From Octopus bimaculoides (Eukaryota): a DNA stretch of 48,780 nucleotides. The stretch lies in NCBI RefSeq assembly GCF_001194135.2, contig NC_068981.1, positions 107,169,754 through 107,218,533 of the forward strand, written 5' to 3'. Every line of letters begins with the position of its first letter. The stretch's first letter is position 1. Positions 1-13,368 of the stretch are shown one piece after another. Under the pieces are notes generated by a model, which made no database searches, was not told the DNA's origin, and saw only the letters and a list, made by a program, of their open reading frames with translations. A program made the position numbers and the translations under genes.

Positions 1-33
<33 letters not shown>

Positions 34-60
34 CATACATACATATATATATACACACAC
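1..60. repeat. (TA)n/(CATA)n/(CA)n microsatellite (representative of many tracts)
   Basis: Directly visible. Other tracts include (TAT)n ~3944-3992 and ~13710-13745, (TA)n 5641-5683, ~11790-11817, ~11895-11932, ~18163-18210 and ~40150-40192, (CA)n ~17568-17603, and (CATA)n ~42383-42430. Confidence 0.95.
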
Positions 61-455
61 ACATATAAGGCAAACATCATTTGAATGTATTTATTAGTTA
101 CAATCATATGTATAATTAAGGAAATAAATAAATGAATAGGAATAAATGAGTGAATAATACTATATTCTTACAACTGTTTCTACTTTGCAGGGTCCATCCT
201 GCCAAAAGTTGATACATCATATCAATATTATACAGAGATTGTAAAAATGTTGTATATCATTCTTTTCTGCAACTGAGACAGTTCATGTAAACAATAGATT
301 CTCCAAATATATCAAGGTTTTGTAGTGAATATGTCCATTATTTTTTGTTATTTATTCTTGGTTGCTGTATTCAAGCTAAACTGTTTAAATGTTGTTCAGT
401 TTATGTTTTAACTCTGCTTTATTCACAAATTCTTACTCCACTTGATTGATTTCAG

Positions 456-590
456 ATTTTTTCCTATACAAAAAAGCAAGCTCTCCAAACAGACGATGTG
501 TGTCTCGATGTTTCAGCTGTGGGTGGCCCTGTAAAATTATTTCAGTGCCATGGTCTGGGCGGGAACCAGATCTGGGAATATGACAAAGAG
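456..590 (+). CDS. GALNT1: Polypeptide GalNAc-transferase (GALNT1/13-like), internal coding exon, ricin-B lectin beta repeat
   Basis: ttcAG acceptor at 454-455 and GTatga donor at 591; 135 nt, phase 0/0. Translates IFSYTKKQALQTDDVCLDVSAVGGPVKLFQCHGLGGNQIWEYDKE, matching from memory vertebrate GALNT1 [43 protein letters not shown] (CLD and QxW motifs). GALNT1 versus GALNT13 orthology cannot be resolved. Confidence 0.93.
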
Positions 591-3500
591 GTATGAGAGT
601 CCTCAGACAAAGATCTGAAGACTAAACAGCTCCTCAAAAAAAAAAAAATAAATAAATTCTATTTAGTCTGCATGCTTAGAATTTAGTTGATTTATCAAGG
701 AATTTTAAGTACAATATTAGTATTTTCAATTATTTCAGTCACATTAATTTTTTGTTTATGTACATTTGTCCTGCCATTATTCACAGGTAGCTGTTGACTC
801 TTCTCATACTGTGGAACTTCCATGGTCTTTGAAAATAATATAATAGGCACAAATGAAAATTATTATTTTTAGTAGTTGTGTTAGTATTGGTACCTGTCCT
901 ATGCTTTAATTTTAGCAAAATAAAAAGGCTTAGAATAGTAGAAACTGTAAAGTATCTAATAAATTTTAGTTGGATTACTTCCTTTTACATTTGAAGATTG
1001 ACTTAGCTTTTCATTTTCACAGGGTTGATTAAATAAATACTAAGCATATATTAGAACTGATTCAATCAACTACAGCCCTCTCCTAAAATGTTTAGCATTA
1101 CTCCATTATTAGAAATGATGATTTGTATTATTAGATATTTTGAATGGAATGAAATATATCTTCATGACATAATAGTTTACAAACTGAGGAAACCAATTTG
1201 TGTTGGGACTGAAATGGATACTGCATTCAGTGTTTTGATATTGTATTGTTTTAGAGAAAATTTAAATTCTAATATAACACATTAAAGTGGGTTGTTTAAT
1301 AATATATATAGTTAAAGAGAAACTAATTTTGTATTTTATATGGAGTAGTTAGCAGTAAGAGCACTCATAAAATAAATTCTTCCAAATACATGAAAGACTC
1401 TCTAGAAGCAGTTGATTACTTCTGATACTTAGATGGAAGAAGGTGTTTTGAAATAACAATAGCCATAATAGTAACAGAGTGAAACATTCAGAGAGATGTT
1501 ATTTCAGTTGGTAAAAGAAAGAATTCTCTCTGAGTGAAGGGCAATTGTATGATGCATGTAAATGAAGTGTGTTGCTGCATGTGTAGCAAAACATTGGACA
1601 TTGAAATTGGAGGATGTGTTAAATGCTGAAATGAAATGTGATGAACATGCTCTACTGTTGATTGTTGACATTCTTTGTTGATATTATAACCTGTGGCTCT
1701 GACATATCTCTTACTTACTGGTAAGGGTTTTTGACATGAAGCACATCTGGCCATAATATCCTGCTTTGATTTATTTCTGTCCATCCCATGCCAGCATAAA
1801 AATCTAAGCATTAAATGAATGTATATGTGATGTGTAGATATAAGAGTATGCATATGTACAATGTACATTTAGTTATACATGCTTACATAAGCACACACCC
1901 ATAAATGTACATGCATGCTTGTGTGTGTGTGCGTGTCTACTCTTTCTCACACACACACACACACACACAAGTACATATAGAGCAAGATTTACTAAGTAAT
2001 GTTTACAACAATTAAAAGTTGATTTTGTTCATTTCAACCCAGTTTTCTTGCTATAGTTTACAATTTTTTCCCTTCAAGTATAAGTCAGTGAAAGGCATAA
2101 TAAACCTTGTGATTTGATTATTTCCTTTTACTTCTTTTCTGTTGATATAATCTTTGTTGCAGCTTTTAACTCAGCTGATTATTAATTCTCTAAAGATCCT
2201 ATAGAAAAACTAACAGGTAGCTACAGGAGTGGAAGTCATAGGAAAACTAAAATGGGATTAAAGATATGTCTGTCATAGAATTAATAAGTTTTTTTTTTAC
2301 TATCTTTTATTACTATTTTTGCTCCTTCTTGCTCTATCACAACTGAATTCCATGGAACATGTGTGTGTACTTTACAGTTTACATTGGTATTTTGACTCTG
2401 GCACAGTCATATGTCACCAACATATATATCCCAACTATGGCATCTCTAATCATACAAATATATTAGACAACTAATGCACAAACTCACAAATATATCACAT
2501 ACAACTTAGTGTATGTGACTACAATCTTTTCTCTTTTTCAAGCTTCAAATTTTTAACTCACTGATATTATTATTTTCATATAGTAGTGTCAACTTTACCT
2601 CTCTATTGGAATATAGCTCAAGTTTTCTCTTTAATTGCAGTAAATTTTCGATCACCATTCATTCAGATGACAAAAGTTTTTTTTTTCTTTTTCTTCTCTT
2701 TATGCTGCTGCCGCTGCTGTTATGTTTGTGTTTTTTATTCTTTTTCATTTTGTTTATAATGTGTAATTTATTTTATACATATTTTTTTGTCTTTTTGTTT
2801 ATCGTGTTTGTATGTATGTGTGTGTGTGCCTTGTGATTGCTTGCAGGTTTAGATCTGAGTTAAGCTTGTTATATTCTCTTTCAGCTGATGTTTCTTTTGA
2901 GGTTTTTTTCTTTCCTATTTTTTGTTGTGAGGAAAATAAGTCTTTAATATTACTTTCTTTTAAAACATTCCTTTCCATCCACTGAAAAGATGAGAGGAAA
3001 AAAAACCCAATGGAAATAACTAAATCCCTATATTATTATTAGCTGCTGAAGACAGGAGGCTTTGTTTCAGGCCTGTTTATTTATCCAGCCATTTAATTAA
3101 TCCTTCACTTATACATACATGCATACACACATGCATGTGTGTGTCTGTGTGTATATGTGTTAGATGTGCTTAAATTTCTTTTAGTTTGATGAGTGTAAAT
3201 TATTTTTACTATGTAACCATTGTCCGTTCTGTTTGTTTGCATGCCGTGGGCATCCATTCCATCATACCTTGTTGCTGACGTCTGTCGTAGGTGTTTGCCT
3301 TCACCAAGAAGAAACAGATAATGCTAGATGAGAACATGTGTCTCCACATATATACACGCAGGGAAAAAGTGGTACTGACACCTTGTCCTAATGCATATGG
3401 CGGGTGGGAATACAACAAGCAGGTATAGTTTTCACTGACATTAACATGTGGATCTGGCATACAGCTCCACCTCATCCTCTTCCTCTCCTCCTCCTCCACT

Positions 3501-3993
3501 TCCTTTTCTCCTCTTCAACTTTTCATGTTTTGATTTTGGTTTTAATTTTTGGTTTTTTTTTTGTTTATTTTTTTGCCCTTTTTAAAAAAAGCGTTTAAAT
3601 TCTCCTCTAACATACCCTCAACTGCCTCCTAACCATGCCCCTATAAGCATACACACATGCACGCATACACTTACACATGCACATCTGCATATCTCCCTTA
3701 TTTAGTTACATTGTTGCCTAGTTGATAGATAATTGTATTTGATAACTAGTGAGGCCCACAAAAACACAGAATTCATATTGCTTCTTGATGTTAGCTAAGT
3801 GCTGAAGTGGTTTTATAAATAACTAATTGCAAGTATGTGTTTTCAGTAGAGGATCGTGTGTCTGTGTAATATATATATTTAGACAAAATAGCTCAGTAGG
3901 TCTAACTATTAGACAACCTCCTCATAGATGTACTGAAATATTACTATTATTATTATTATTATTGTTATTATTATTATTATCATTATTATTATT

Positions 3994-4156
3994 GGTGAGC
4001 TTGTAGAATCATTAGTGTGCTAGACAAAATGTTAACCAGCATTTCATCCATCTTCATGTTCTGAGTTCAAAATTTGCCATGGTCAATTTTGGCTTTTATC
4101 CCATTGGAGGTTGATAAATTAAGTTGAGCACTAGAGTTGATATATGTAATCAACTA
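3994..4156 (+). mobile_element. tRNA-derived SINE (abundant octopus-type family), degenerate copy
   Basis: ggtgagcttgtagaatcattag...ttctgagttcaaaatttgcc...ttttatccc...gttgataaattaag; same architecture as the copies at 20181-22980; sits after a (TAT)n tract. Confidence 0.7.
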
Positions 4157-5635
4157 TTATTGTTATTATCACTAATGTAATTTTGTCTCTCTACTGTCTG
4201 GAAAATAATACACTTGATGAGGCAGGAAGACAGAGATTTTCATTTCATCCACATTCATTCCAATTCAAAATCAGGAGCTAAATATTGCTTTTATTTGCAC
4301 CCAGTATTTATAGTAGCACACATGCACATACAAACATACATTGCATGTATATGTAAGTGTGTTTGTGGCTGTTAAAAACTGCAAACTACAGTTTACTTCT
4401 GACCATGCTCTCTTAAATTCCCAATTATAGACTTTGTTTTTTATATAATTATATATTTTAAAAAATAAGTGTTTTGAGTTACTATTTTCTTCACAATTCC
4501 ATAGTTTCTGATAATAACTGGAAATATAAAACCAGTTGTACATTTGCATTTTATTCTTAATGTTTGAAGTGATGTTAACTCATTTTTCAAGATTGCTATT
4601 AACTATATCAGATATTGGGATAATTAAGCAGGTAAGTGTTTGGATTTGTCATAAAGAAGTACTAAACAGAGTCCATAAATTCAGATATATTTTAGAAAAT
4701 TCTCATTAGTAATAAAATCTTGTTACATTATAGAACTACTTGAAAAGTTCTAAAAAGGAAATTATAATGTTTGTGGGAGAAGTAATAACTTGTTAAAGTG
4801 CAATGAAATATGATCATTGCCCTAAAGAAATCTTGAGTCTACTGACTTCCAAATTTCATCTTTAATTGCAACCAATTAATAGTGAGTAGGAGACCTATTA
4901 TTTCTGTAGTAGTCAGAGTGTTTGTTAAAACAAACAGAAAACAAAACTGAGCAAGTATTTGAATGTTAAATGTGAGATTGCTGGAACAATGACTTTAAGA
5001 AGTCATTCTCTATGAAGAATGACTTTGAGGTGACACTAGCTGTTAGGTAAGATAGAATATCTTTTATTAAAAGCAGCTAGAATATTAAACCTTTTACCAC
5101 TATATTTTTTAATGAAATGCACCTGTCTATAAGTGTCAATTAATTTTGAAAATAATAAGGAATTTGAAAGGATTTAATAAAACAACTTTTTCATTATTAT
5201 AATAAAGTTTAGAACATAGAAATGTGTGTTAGATAAAATTGTGAAGGAAGGTTTTCATATCAACACCTTAAAATGAGAGCTACTTCTGAGGAAAGTTAGT
5301 ATCAAAAGAGATTTAAGGTAAATATTAGATTATATCAAAATGAAGGATTTTGAGAACTAAGTCCTAAACTTGGGAATGGATGTGAGATAAATAATGATAG
5401 TAATAAAATGATACACATACTACATTGTGGAGACTACATTGTTTACTGTGTCTTTCCTTTCCTTAGTATGGTGCAATTTGAGGGAGATTTGTCTGTAATT
5501 TCAAGCAGGTATAGCAACTACAAAGAGACTTCTTTGGCCTGGAACATTATAAGTCCTACACTGGTACTTCTTGTACAAGTCCAAGTCAACATCCTTCCAT
5601 ATGCATGCTGAGAGGAAGACTTTACACACTCATAC

Positions 5636-5683
<48 letters not shown>

Positions 5684-5686
<3 letters not shown>

Positions 5687-6283
5687 GGTCCGCCAAAAGT
5701 AACTATATATTTTTATTTCAACATGATAAATGTAACATAGAAGAAATAAGCTACTACAATACAGAAAGTAGCACAGGGTACATTAAAGTTTGTTGCAACA
5801 TAAAACGTGATGTTTATTAAAGCTCCGTGTGCTCTCCTTGGAGCTCAATGCACTTCGCTAGTCTTTCATGGACTGAGCGACATACTTTGGCGTACAGCTC
5901 CAATGGCACTTGACCAATGACAGCTCGAATTTGTTCCTTAAGTTCAGCAATGTTGCAGGGCTTTGTTGAGTAGACTTTCTCTTTGAGAACACCCCATAGG
6001 AAAAAGTCGGGTGAGGTCAAATCCGGCAAACGAGACGGCCACNNNNNNNNNNAGAACACCCCATAGGAAAAAGTCGGGTGAGGTCAAATCCGGCAAACGA
6101 GACGGCCACTCAAGCGGTCCTCGCCTGCCAATCCATCGACAGGGCAGGTTGGCGTCCAGCCAGTCTCACACAAGTGTAGCATAATGGGCTAGTGCCCCAT
6201 CCTGCTGAAAGTACAGACTCTCTGCTCCATCCTGCTGTTGTAATAATGGCAAAAGCAGCTTCTGTAGCATAGCCATTTCAAAA
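5684..6283 (-). mobile_element. Tc1/mariner DD41D (rosa-type) transposon relic
   Basis: TA|CAGGGTCCGCCAAAAG terminus at 5684 inside a (TA)n tract. Minus strand reads FQQDGALAHYATLV*DWLDANLPCRWIGRRGPLEWPSRLPDLTSPDFFLWGVLKEKVY, with 41 residues between the second and third catalytic Asp. One in-frame stop; the other end is lost or in the gap. Confidence 0.8.
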
Positions 6284-6779
6284 CCGCAATCTTTTATTAA
6301 TCAGGTGGACATAATCGATATAACNNNNNNNNNNNNNNNNNNNNNNNNNNNNNNNNNNNNNNNNNNNNNNNNNNNNNNNNNNNNNNNNNNNNNNNNNNNN
6401 NNNNNNNNNNNNNNNNNNNNNNNNNNNNNNNNNNNNNNNNNNNNNNNNNNNNNNNNNNNNNNNNNNNNNNNNNNNNNNNNNNNNNNNNNNNNNNNNNNNN
6501 NNNNNNNNNNNNNNNNNNNNNNNNNNNNNNNNNNNNNNNNNNNNNNNNNNNNNNNNNNNNNNNNNATATATATATATATATATACATGGCATTAAATGTA
6601 GATTTGAAAATACTCATGAACAATTCTGTAAATGTAATACAAATTCTTAAGAACATACGCACATACAAAGCATTATCTAATAAATATAAGTAGTATATGC
6701 CTGATAGTATTATACAACATTATAATAGAAATAAGCAGCATGTACCATATGTTACACAACATTCAAACTATGGTGAACT

Positions 6780-6965
6780 GGCACATTCGGTAGTAGAGTG
6801 GCTGACAAAACACCTTGCAGTATTTAGCTGTTTATTTTTATGTTGTGAGTTCAAATCTCACTGAAGTTGACTTTGTCATTCAACCTTCTGGGGTTGATAC
6901 CACCCAAGTTGTTATTATCAAATGTTCCTTCTCACCAAATTTGAGGCCTTGCCTCTATGCTACAA
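6780..6965 (+). mobile_element. tRNA-derived SINE, degenerate copy
   Basis: tatgttgtgagttcaaatctcactgaagttgactttgtcattcaaccttctggggttgata...ccaaatttgaggccttg; same core as the SINE cluster. Confidence 0.6.
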
Positions 6966-7059
6966 ATCAATATCATACAATATTTGATGCAAGTAGATAT
7001 AATTCAAAATTGGTTATTACAAGTATTACTTTTTTTGTTGATATCTCGTTATATCTATT

Positions 7060-7359
7060 ATTTACATTTGACGGATATTTGTCCTCATCTTGTTGTTAAC
7101 AAAATGTTTTGACTGATATACCCTCCAACCTTCATCAGGTGTCTTGGGGAAATTTCGAACCTGGTTTCTCATTCCTAAGGTATTTTTCGATATTATTATT
7201 ATTATTATTATTATGATCATCATTATTATTATTCAGGTCACTGCCTGGAATCGAACTCGGAATCTTGGGATTAGTAGCCCCCGCTCTTAATCACTATGCC
7301 ATATGCCCACGGGCTACTAACCCCAAGATTCTAAGTTTGATTCCAGGCAGTGACCTGAC

Positions 7360-7400
<41 letters not shown>

Positions 7401-7564
7401 TCAAAAAATGCCTTAAGAATGAGAACCCAGGTTCGAAATTTCCCCAAGATACCTGATGAAGGCTGGAGGGTATATCAGCCAAAACATGTTAACAAACAAG
7501 ATGAGGACAAATCACCGTCAAATGTAAATAATGTACATAATTCCTCATCTCTTAAATATAGAAC
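7060..7564. mobile_element. Head-to-head inverted pair of a tRNA-headed SINE with a Penelope-like hammerhead-bearing tail (locus 1, in GALNT intron)
   Basis: 7060-7308 is the reverse complement of 7309-7564. The head has an A-box-like TGGCATAGTGATT, an anticodon-like arm GGG-CT-ACT-AA-CCC and a B-box GTTCGATTCC, followed by (AAT)n and a tail containing CTGATGA..GAAA-like motifs. Confidence 0.8.
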
Positions 7565-8843
7565 TCGTTCTATCTGTTGTAAATTATTACACCAGTGAAC
7601 ATATATGGGAAATATATGGAAGTATTAGTTTCTTGAAGAAACAGAAAACTGTTCTAGAGAAAAAGTAAAATATTTGAATATTCCTTTAACCAGGCATAAG
7701 AGTGTTTTATTTTTTATTTAAAGGAAAGTTTAGTCAGTGGAAATATTAATCCAAGTGTATTACTAATGGAAAGACAAAATAACTGAGTCATTAAGATATT
7801 TTCTAATTTGTACTTTGTATGTTCAAAGCTACTGAAAGCATTCTATTGTTTGGAAAGTCCTTCATTTTCTATTCATCATCAAATCACCTAGTTGTCGAGA
7901 ATATTTAATAAGTCATTTGGGAATGTTGTTGCAATAGAATTTTATCTTATCTGGATGGACAGTAGTCATCTTTTATCCACTTCACGTGATGAAAGTAGAC
8001 CTAAACACTACATGTCAAGATTTTAACTCGGAACTTTTAAGTATCAAGCACTAATTACAGTAATGCATCAAATTCAGTATTGCATAGTCTGAAACATCTC
8101 TGTCATTTTAAATAACTATGAAGTTTAGTTGTGTGTGTGTGTATGTGTGTCCATATAAATATGGGTATATTCTGTGTTAATATAAATTCATGTGTTTGGC
8201 TAGATTTATATGTCTGAATTGTTGAATGTATGTTTGTGCATTTAAGGCTGTTTCTTATAATTTATTGTTCCATTTTTTTTTTTAGTCTTCTATTTCAACA
8301 AACTATATTTAATTAAGCAAGCAGTTCACCATTTGGTACATTAGCACACCTAGTTCTGTGCATGTGCCTCAATCACACCATTTGCACACTAATTATTGCG
8401 GTTCATGTTGCTTCTTTTGCTTTTATTGTTTTTGTTGCTATTTTATATTCTTTCTTTCTTTTATATATTCACGTGTTTTAACAATCTTATTGTCAGTTAT
8501 GTTGTTTGAGTTGAAGTGTTCACTTCATTTCACTTTGTTAATTTGCAGCTTGGTAACTTTGCTTTTCTTTAAAAGTTTTCAAATTTAAACAGTGGTTCTT
8601 AACAAAGCTTCAGCAGTTTAAAAAAGAATATAAAGCATTGCTTGGCCAGCATAATTCTCTATCATTTGGATAATAACTTATTAGGGGTTAATTTATTGAC
8701 AAGGCAGGGTAAAAGGGTCAATTCCTCCCAACAGGGTTTGAATTGAGATTCATTGCGTATAATTATGCTTCTGGATTTCTTTAAGTGTCAGAAGAGAATT
8801 CCATAGATTGTGTTTGGAGATTTGGTGAAAATAATAATAATTT

Positions 8844-8990
8844 GACTAGATACAGTTATATAACTTGACACAGTGGTGTAATTGAATGTGGTAGTGTAAC
8901 ATAGATACAGTAGTAACTAGATACAGTAGCATAACTGGATACTGTGATGTGACTAGGTACAATGATGTGAGTAGTGTAACTGGTTATTAT
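8844..8990 (+). repeat. Degenerate ~18-bp minisatellite, about 8 units
   Basis: Units such as gactagatacagttatat, aacttgacacagtggtgt, aactagatacagtagcat, aactggatactgtgatgt and gactaggtacaatgatgt. Confidence 0.6.
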
Positions 8991-11888
8991 GACTTGGTGT
9001 CATTTAACTTAGTATAATTGTGTCATATACACATACAGATCTCTTTTCTTTTCTCATAACAGTCAGTGGAAATTGTGATAGCACTACATCTTTGATAAAT
9101 TGAGTAATTTCTGAATTTGAACATTTTCAATCAAGAAACCCTATAGTGTTAGTTTTTGTCATTGTTCATACTTTTAAAATAACTTGACATACAAATATTG
9201 TGAGTAGTACTTAGTGATTTTTCTAAAACTTGGCAGGTCATCATATAGTATCACTCATAGTTTAATGAAATATTATTTCTTGTAATTTTTCATACATTTT
9301 CAATTTTCCTTGTGTTAGTATCTTTTGGAGATCTAAAATGTAATGCTAACTTTTGGGTATCCAAACCATGAAGAGTGTTTTGTTTTTAAATTTTAAATTA
9401 CTCTTCATTTTTCAAAATTAGTTGACTTTTATTTTGACAAAAAGTGTAATTTTTCATTTAACAATAGAAACCATCAGGAAACAAGTAGTTGTAATGCAGC
9501 AAACTTCATAACCTTTCAGCTTGAAATATCATGAACAGTTAATGGAAATTATGCTGTCTGTATGAAATTCAAGTAGATTCATCATTGTTACTTTCTAAAT
9601 TTGCATGTATTCAATGTTGAACAGTAACTATTAGAGACTCAGTTCATTGTCTGTGTATTGACTCCTGTATAAATGAAAGGAAAATTTGATAGCAAGTTGA
9701 CTTCCTTAATGAGTTGTAATTATGTTTATTTTTTCAACTTGCATACTAAATATTTGGATAAAGGAATAAAATACAGATTAATCCAAACAGGATCTAATCT
9801 ATAAGAACCAAAGTAATAGCAAAATACATTTTGTTACTATCTCTAAACTTTCATTCTGGCAAAGACATTTATATTACAATGACTTCAGGTAACTAAAATT
9901 TGTGCCATACTAGAGTATAATTTACTGTTGTAAGTCACTACATCACTTTGGAATTGACAAATATCCCATTAACTTGCTGTGCTTAAAGCAGAATCCTGTC
10001 CTTCAATGAGCAAATCAACTTCACTAACTTCAATGACAGCCAGAATATTACTAGCTCTACTATTTTTATTATTTTTAACCTCACATCCTCTACACTTGTA
10101 TGATGAATCACATAATGGTATTACTTAAACAGTAGTTGTAGAAGATCTATTATAGTGTTTCTGCTTGATGAAGCTGCTTTATCAGCTGTAATTTATTACC
10201 TCACTATATTGAATACAGCATCTAAAACTTAATTTATCACTGCCAGTAAAGAATGTTGGAATTGAAATTGGAGAATGTTTTCAAAAGAAAGTGTTGGGTG
10301 ACAACGATGTCTAGTAAACATGGAAATCTCAACTTCCTTTTCTGTCTTTAAATAAATGGCCATAGGTTACAGATCATGAGAAACCTTTATTTCTTTACTA
10401 GTTGCAGTTGACTATATATGAAATATTGTGATGCACAAGATTGAAAGTCAACTAAGATTTTGTTAGAGAGGACAGATATTTAACTTTTAAGCCAATAACT
10501 GCTTCCATCATAAAAACATGAATTTTCTTTGGAATTTCCACTCATTAAGAATCCCAAAATATAGTTTTTGTAGTGTTAATTTATAATTTTCGACATAGGT
10601 TATTTGCAACTTCCTGCACAAATTATTATTTAAATATTACAAAATATTTGCCAACATCTATGTCTGTAAATGGCACAAAAATAGGACAATATATTTTTTT
10701 TTATCTTAATTTCATTATTTTTATATTTTGAGACATCTTTTGCTATTCTCTTTTCTCTGTATTTTACTTTAACTGTTTAAAATATATTTTTGTGTTTCAT
10801 TATTTCGTATTTTAGTTTAATTCTTTTGTATTGTTTATGAATACTTTAAACTTTATGTTTTAGGGAGAGGAATATTTCAATCCCTTTTTTTTTTTATTAA
10901 GTGTACTTAAGGTTTGATGCAAGCATATTTATCACAATAAAGTTTGCTTCGCTTTTTTTTAAATTTTATTTTTTTATGCTAACAGCAAATTGTAATTTTT
11001 TTTTTTTTTTTAAGAATGCTATATCTGGCTAAACTATTTCAACATGTATCATTTATAACTAATACAGCCTCTGCTTTGATGTTTGTTTGCATTGCTAATG
11101 CTCTCAATTCTTAGCATCTTGCAAAAAAGTTCTAATACAAAATTTTTAAATATTACATTACACTGCAATTGGTTGGATTTTGTCAAAGTACATTGTTCTT
11201 TTACTACTGAAAGATTTTTAAGCAGTCTGTTAGCCTTCACCGCTACTAGAAAGTGCTGATGTATCGTTCCTATTCTTTGAATAATTTTCGTTAGTTTACT
11301 TATACTGTTAAGTTGTCATTAAAAAAAACAATTATCTCTTTAAAGGAAAACAACTGTATATACTTAAGCTATAAAGCTATTTTCTTTTGTTGCTTTATCT
11401 CTTAAGATTAATGTCATACAATGAAATTTTACAAACCAGATCAGTTTTGCTGTTACAACTTTTGCTCAAACTTGTTAGGCAAAGTTATTCATCTAAATCC
11501 TAGCAAATGAGATGAGTGAAAGGGAAATTGAACTATTGGTTTCAATCTCAGTCTATATCTGCAGTTTCATTTTGTTTGGCTGCCTGCTTAGCTTTTCTTG
11601 TAAGTTGAATTGTTGTAAAAGCAAATATACTGATTTGCTAATTTCAACTTTAGGACATGTATATTGATATGTTGTTTATAATTAGGATTGGATAATAAAA
11701 GCAGCATTACAACATTACCGTTCCTTTAGTAATTGACACATTGTTAGCATTTCAATTGAAATTGGAAATAACAAAATAATCTTATTTACAATATATATAT
11801 ATATATATATATATATACAGGTGGTTTGATAAGTGCTAATACATAAAACTCTTGACTCTTGAGTCACTCTGCTGCTTCTGCTAAATAT

Positions 11889-11934
<46 letters not shown>

Positions 11935-13368
11935 ACCACTTCTAATGGCTTTATCCTGAAGTCATATCTCTTAAATGTTTTAGAGATATTTGTTTTATTG
12001 TGTTTATTAATGTGCAAATAAATTTGTTCTCATACATATGCTAAAATGGTTTGTTTTTAGCAAAAGTATTCTAACAAAAAGTCAAGCAACTATAGTCACT
12101 ACAAAGAATATATTCCTGCATGTATCATGAATAAAAGTTCAGCATGGTCATACACTGAAACCAGTGACATTGATTAATCTTATATTTAACATATCTTGAT
12201 AAATTGTTGAACTGATTATCTGATTATTCAGCATCTGTTGATAATCAACAAATAAAGTAATGTTTTTCAAACTTGTAATTATGACAAACATGAGTCATAT
12301 ATCTTATTGAATGGTTCCATTATTTTAGAAATTCTATTTTACTTCTGTCCCAAACCTTTTTATCAGTTAATGCTACAAATTATATAGTCTTACCTTCAAT
12401 GTCACTGGAGTGACTCCAAAGCACTGCACTTGAAAAGCACTGCTTTCAAAAATCAAACCTCTTTCCTTAAAGAAACAGCTTAATAATATTTTAGATTTCT
12501 TCTAGTCCTACTTAAGATGTTTACCTCACAAAATCTGCATAAAGTTTGAAAATATATTTATGCCTTTATTAACAAGTCTATCTGGTATGACAAAATCATC
12601 TACTAAACAATAAACAGCATGGCAACTGTAGTAATAGTTTCTAACTGGCATTGTCGGCAGCTTAAGAGAGGAAGTTATATATCACTAGGAGTATGTCTTA
12701 CAAAAAAGCTGAGCCATAGTGATTAATTTTAAGGAAATTTATTAAGCATTGTGGTGATACAAACTAATAAGCTAGCTACAGATTACCCTCAAATAAAAAA
12801 GGAAATATTTTAAATGTTGAATTACTTAAAATATTAAGAATCTAAAAAAATGTAAGTCTGTGTAAAGTATTTGTATTTTTGTATTTTTTAAACTCGAAAG
12901 CATTAAATCATTATGGAATATCTATATTTCTATGATGTTATTTTGTTAAATTAACTTGCAATGTATATGATTGTGTAGACTACTGATTCTTCAGATATAT
13001 CTTTGTAGAACTTATTTCAATAACTTGGTAATTCTGTGTTTTATTGTTTCGCTTTTCCTAATAGCAGCTTTCTGTGACAAAGCTGTTATTTCTTAGTGAA
13101 ATCTGACACATCACACTGAAATGATGACAAAACCTGTTCAGCCTTGTAGGTGTTATCAAATCAATCTAACTCTAAAAGATGAAAATATGTTTCATTTTCC
13201 TTGAAGAAAAACAATGAAAGTTGATTTATGTCAGTTTCAATAGTGTGTGACTAGTTAATTGTTTCTATATTAGTTGACAAATGCTATAACATATTCATGA
13301 TAGTTTTTGGTCTGTTTTTACTGACTGATGTTACAGTAATAGCAGGGTATGTAGTAGTAATAGCAGAT

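Noticed and set aside
191-290. Possible extra GALNT exon after tactttgcAG (189-190)
   Set aside because: No frame resembles the expected upstream ricin alpha repeat (CLD..CHGxGGNQ) and there is no clear donor. The true upstream exon is probably left of the window.
1488-1868. Minus-strand ORF containing RCASCQKPL..RYVRATG..KEC, faintly LIM-like
   Set aside because: It lacks the conserved His and the following CxxC, has no convincing splice context, and overlaps an RTE-tail-like remnant. Likely chance.
5986-6109. 57-bp duplication around the 10-N gap at 6043-6052; likewise 55 bp around 30682-30691
   Set aside because: Same overlap artefact. ORFs 5817-6059, 30521-30724 and 30559-30741 are distorted by it.
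7235-7308. tRNA-Ser(ACT)-like gene
   Set aside because: There is no acceptor stem or terminator, and it is fused to (AAT)n and a repeat tail in several copies. It is a SINE head, not a tRNA gene.
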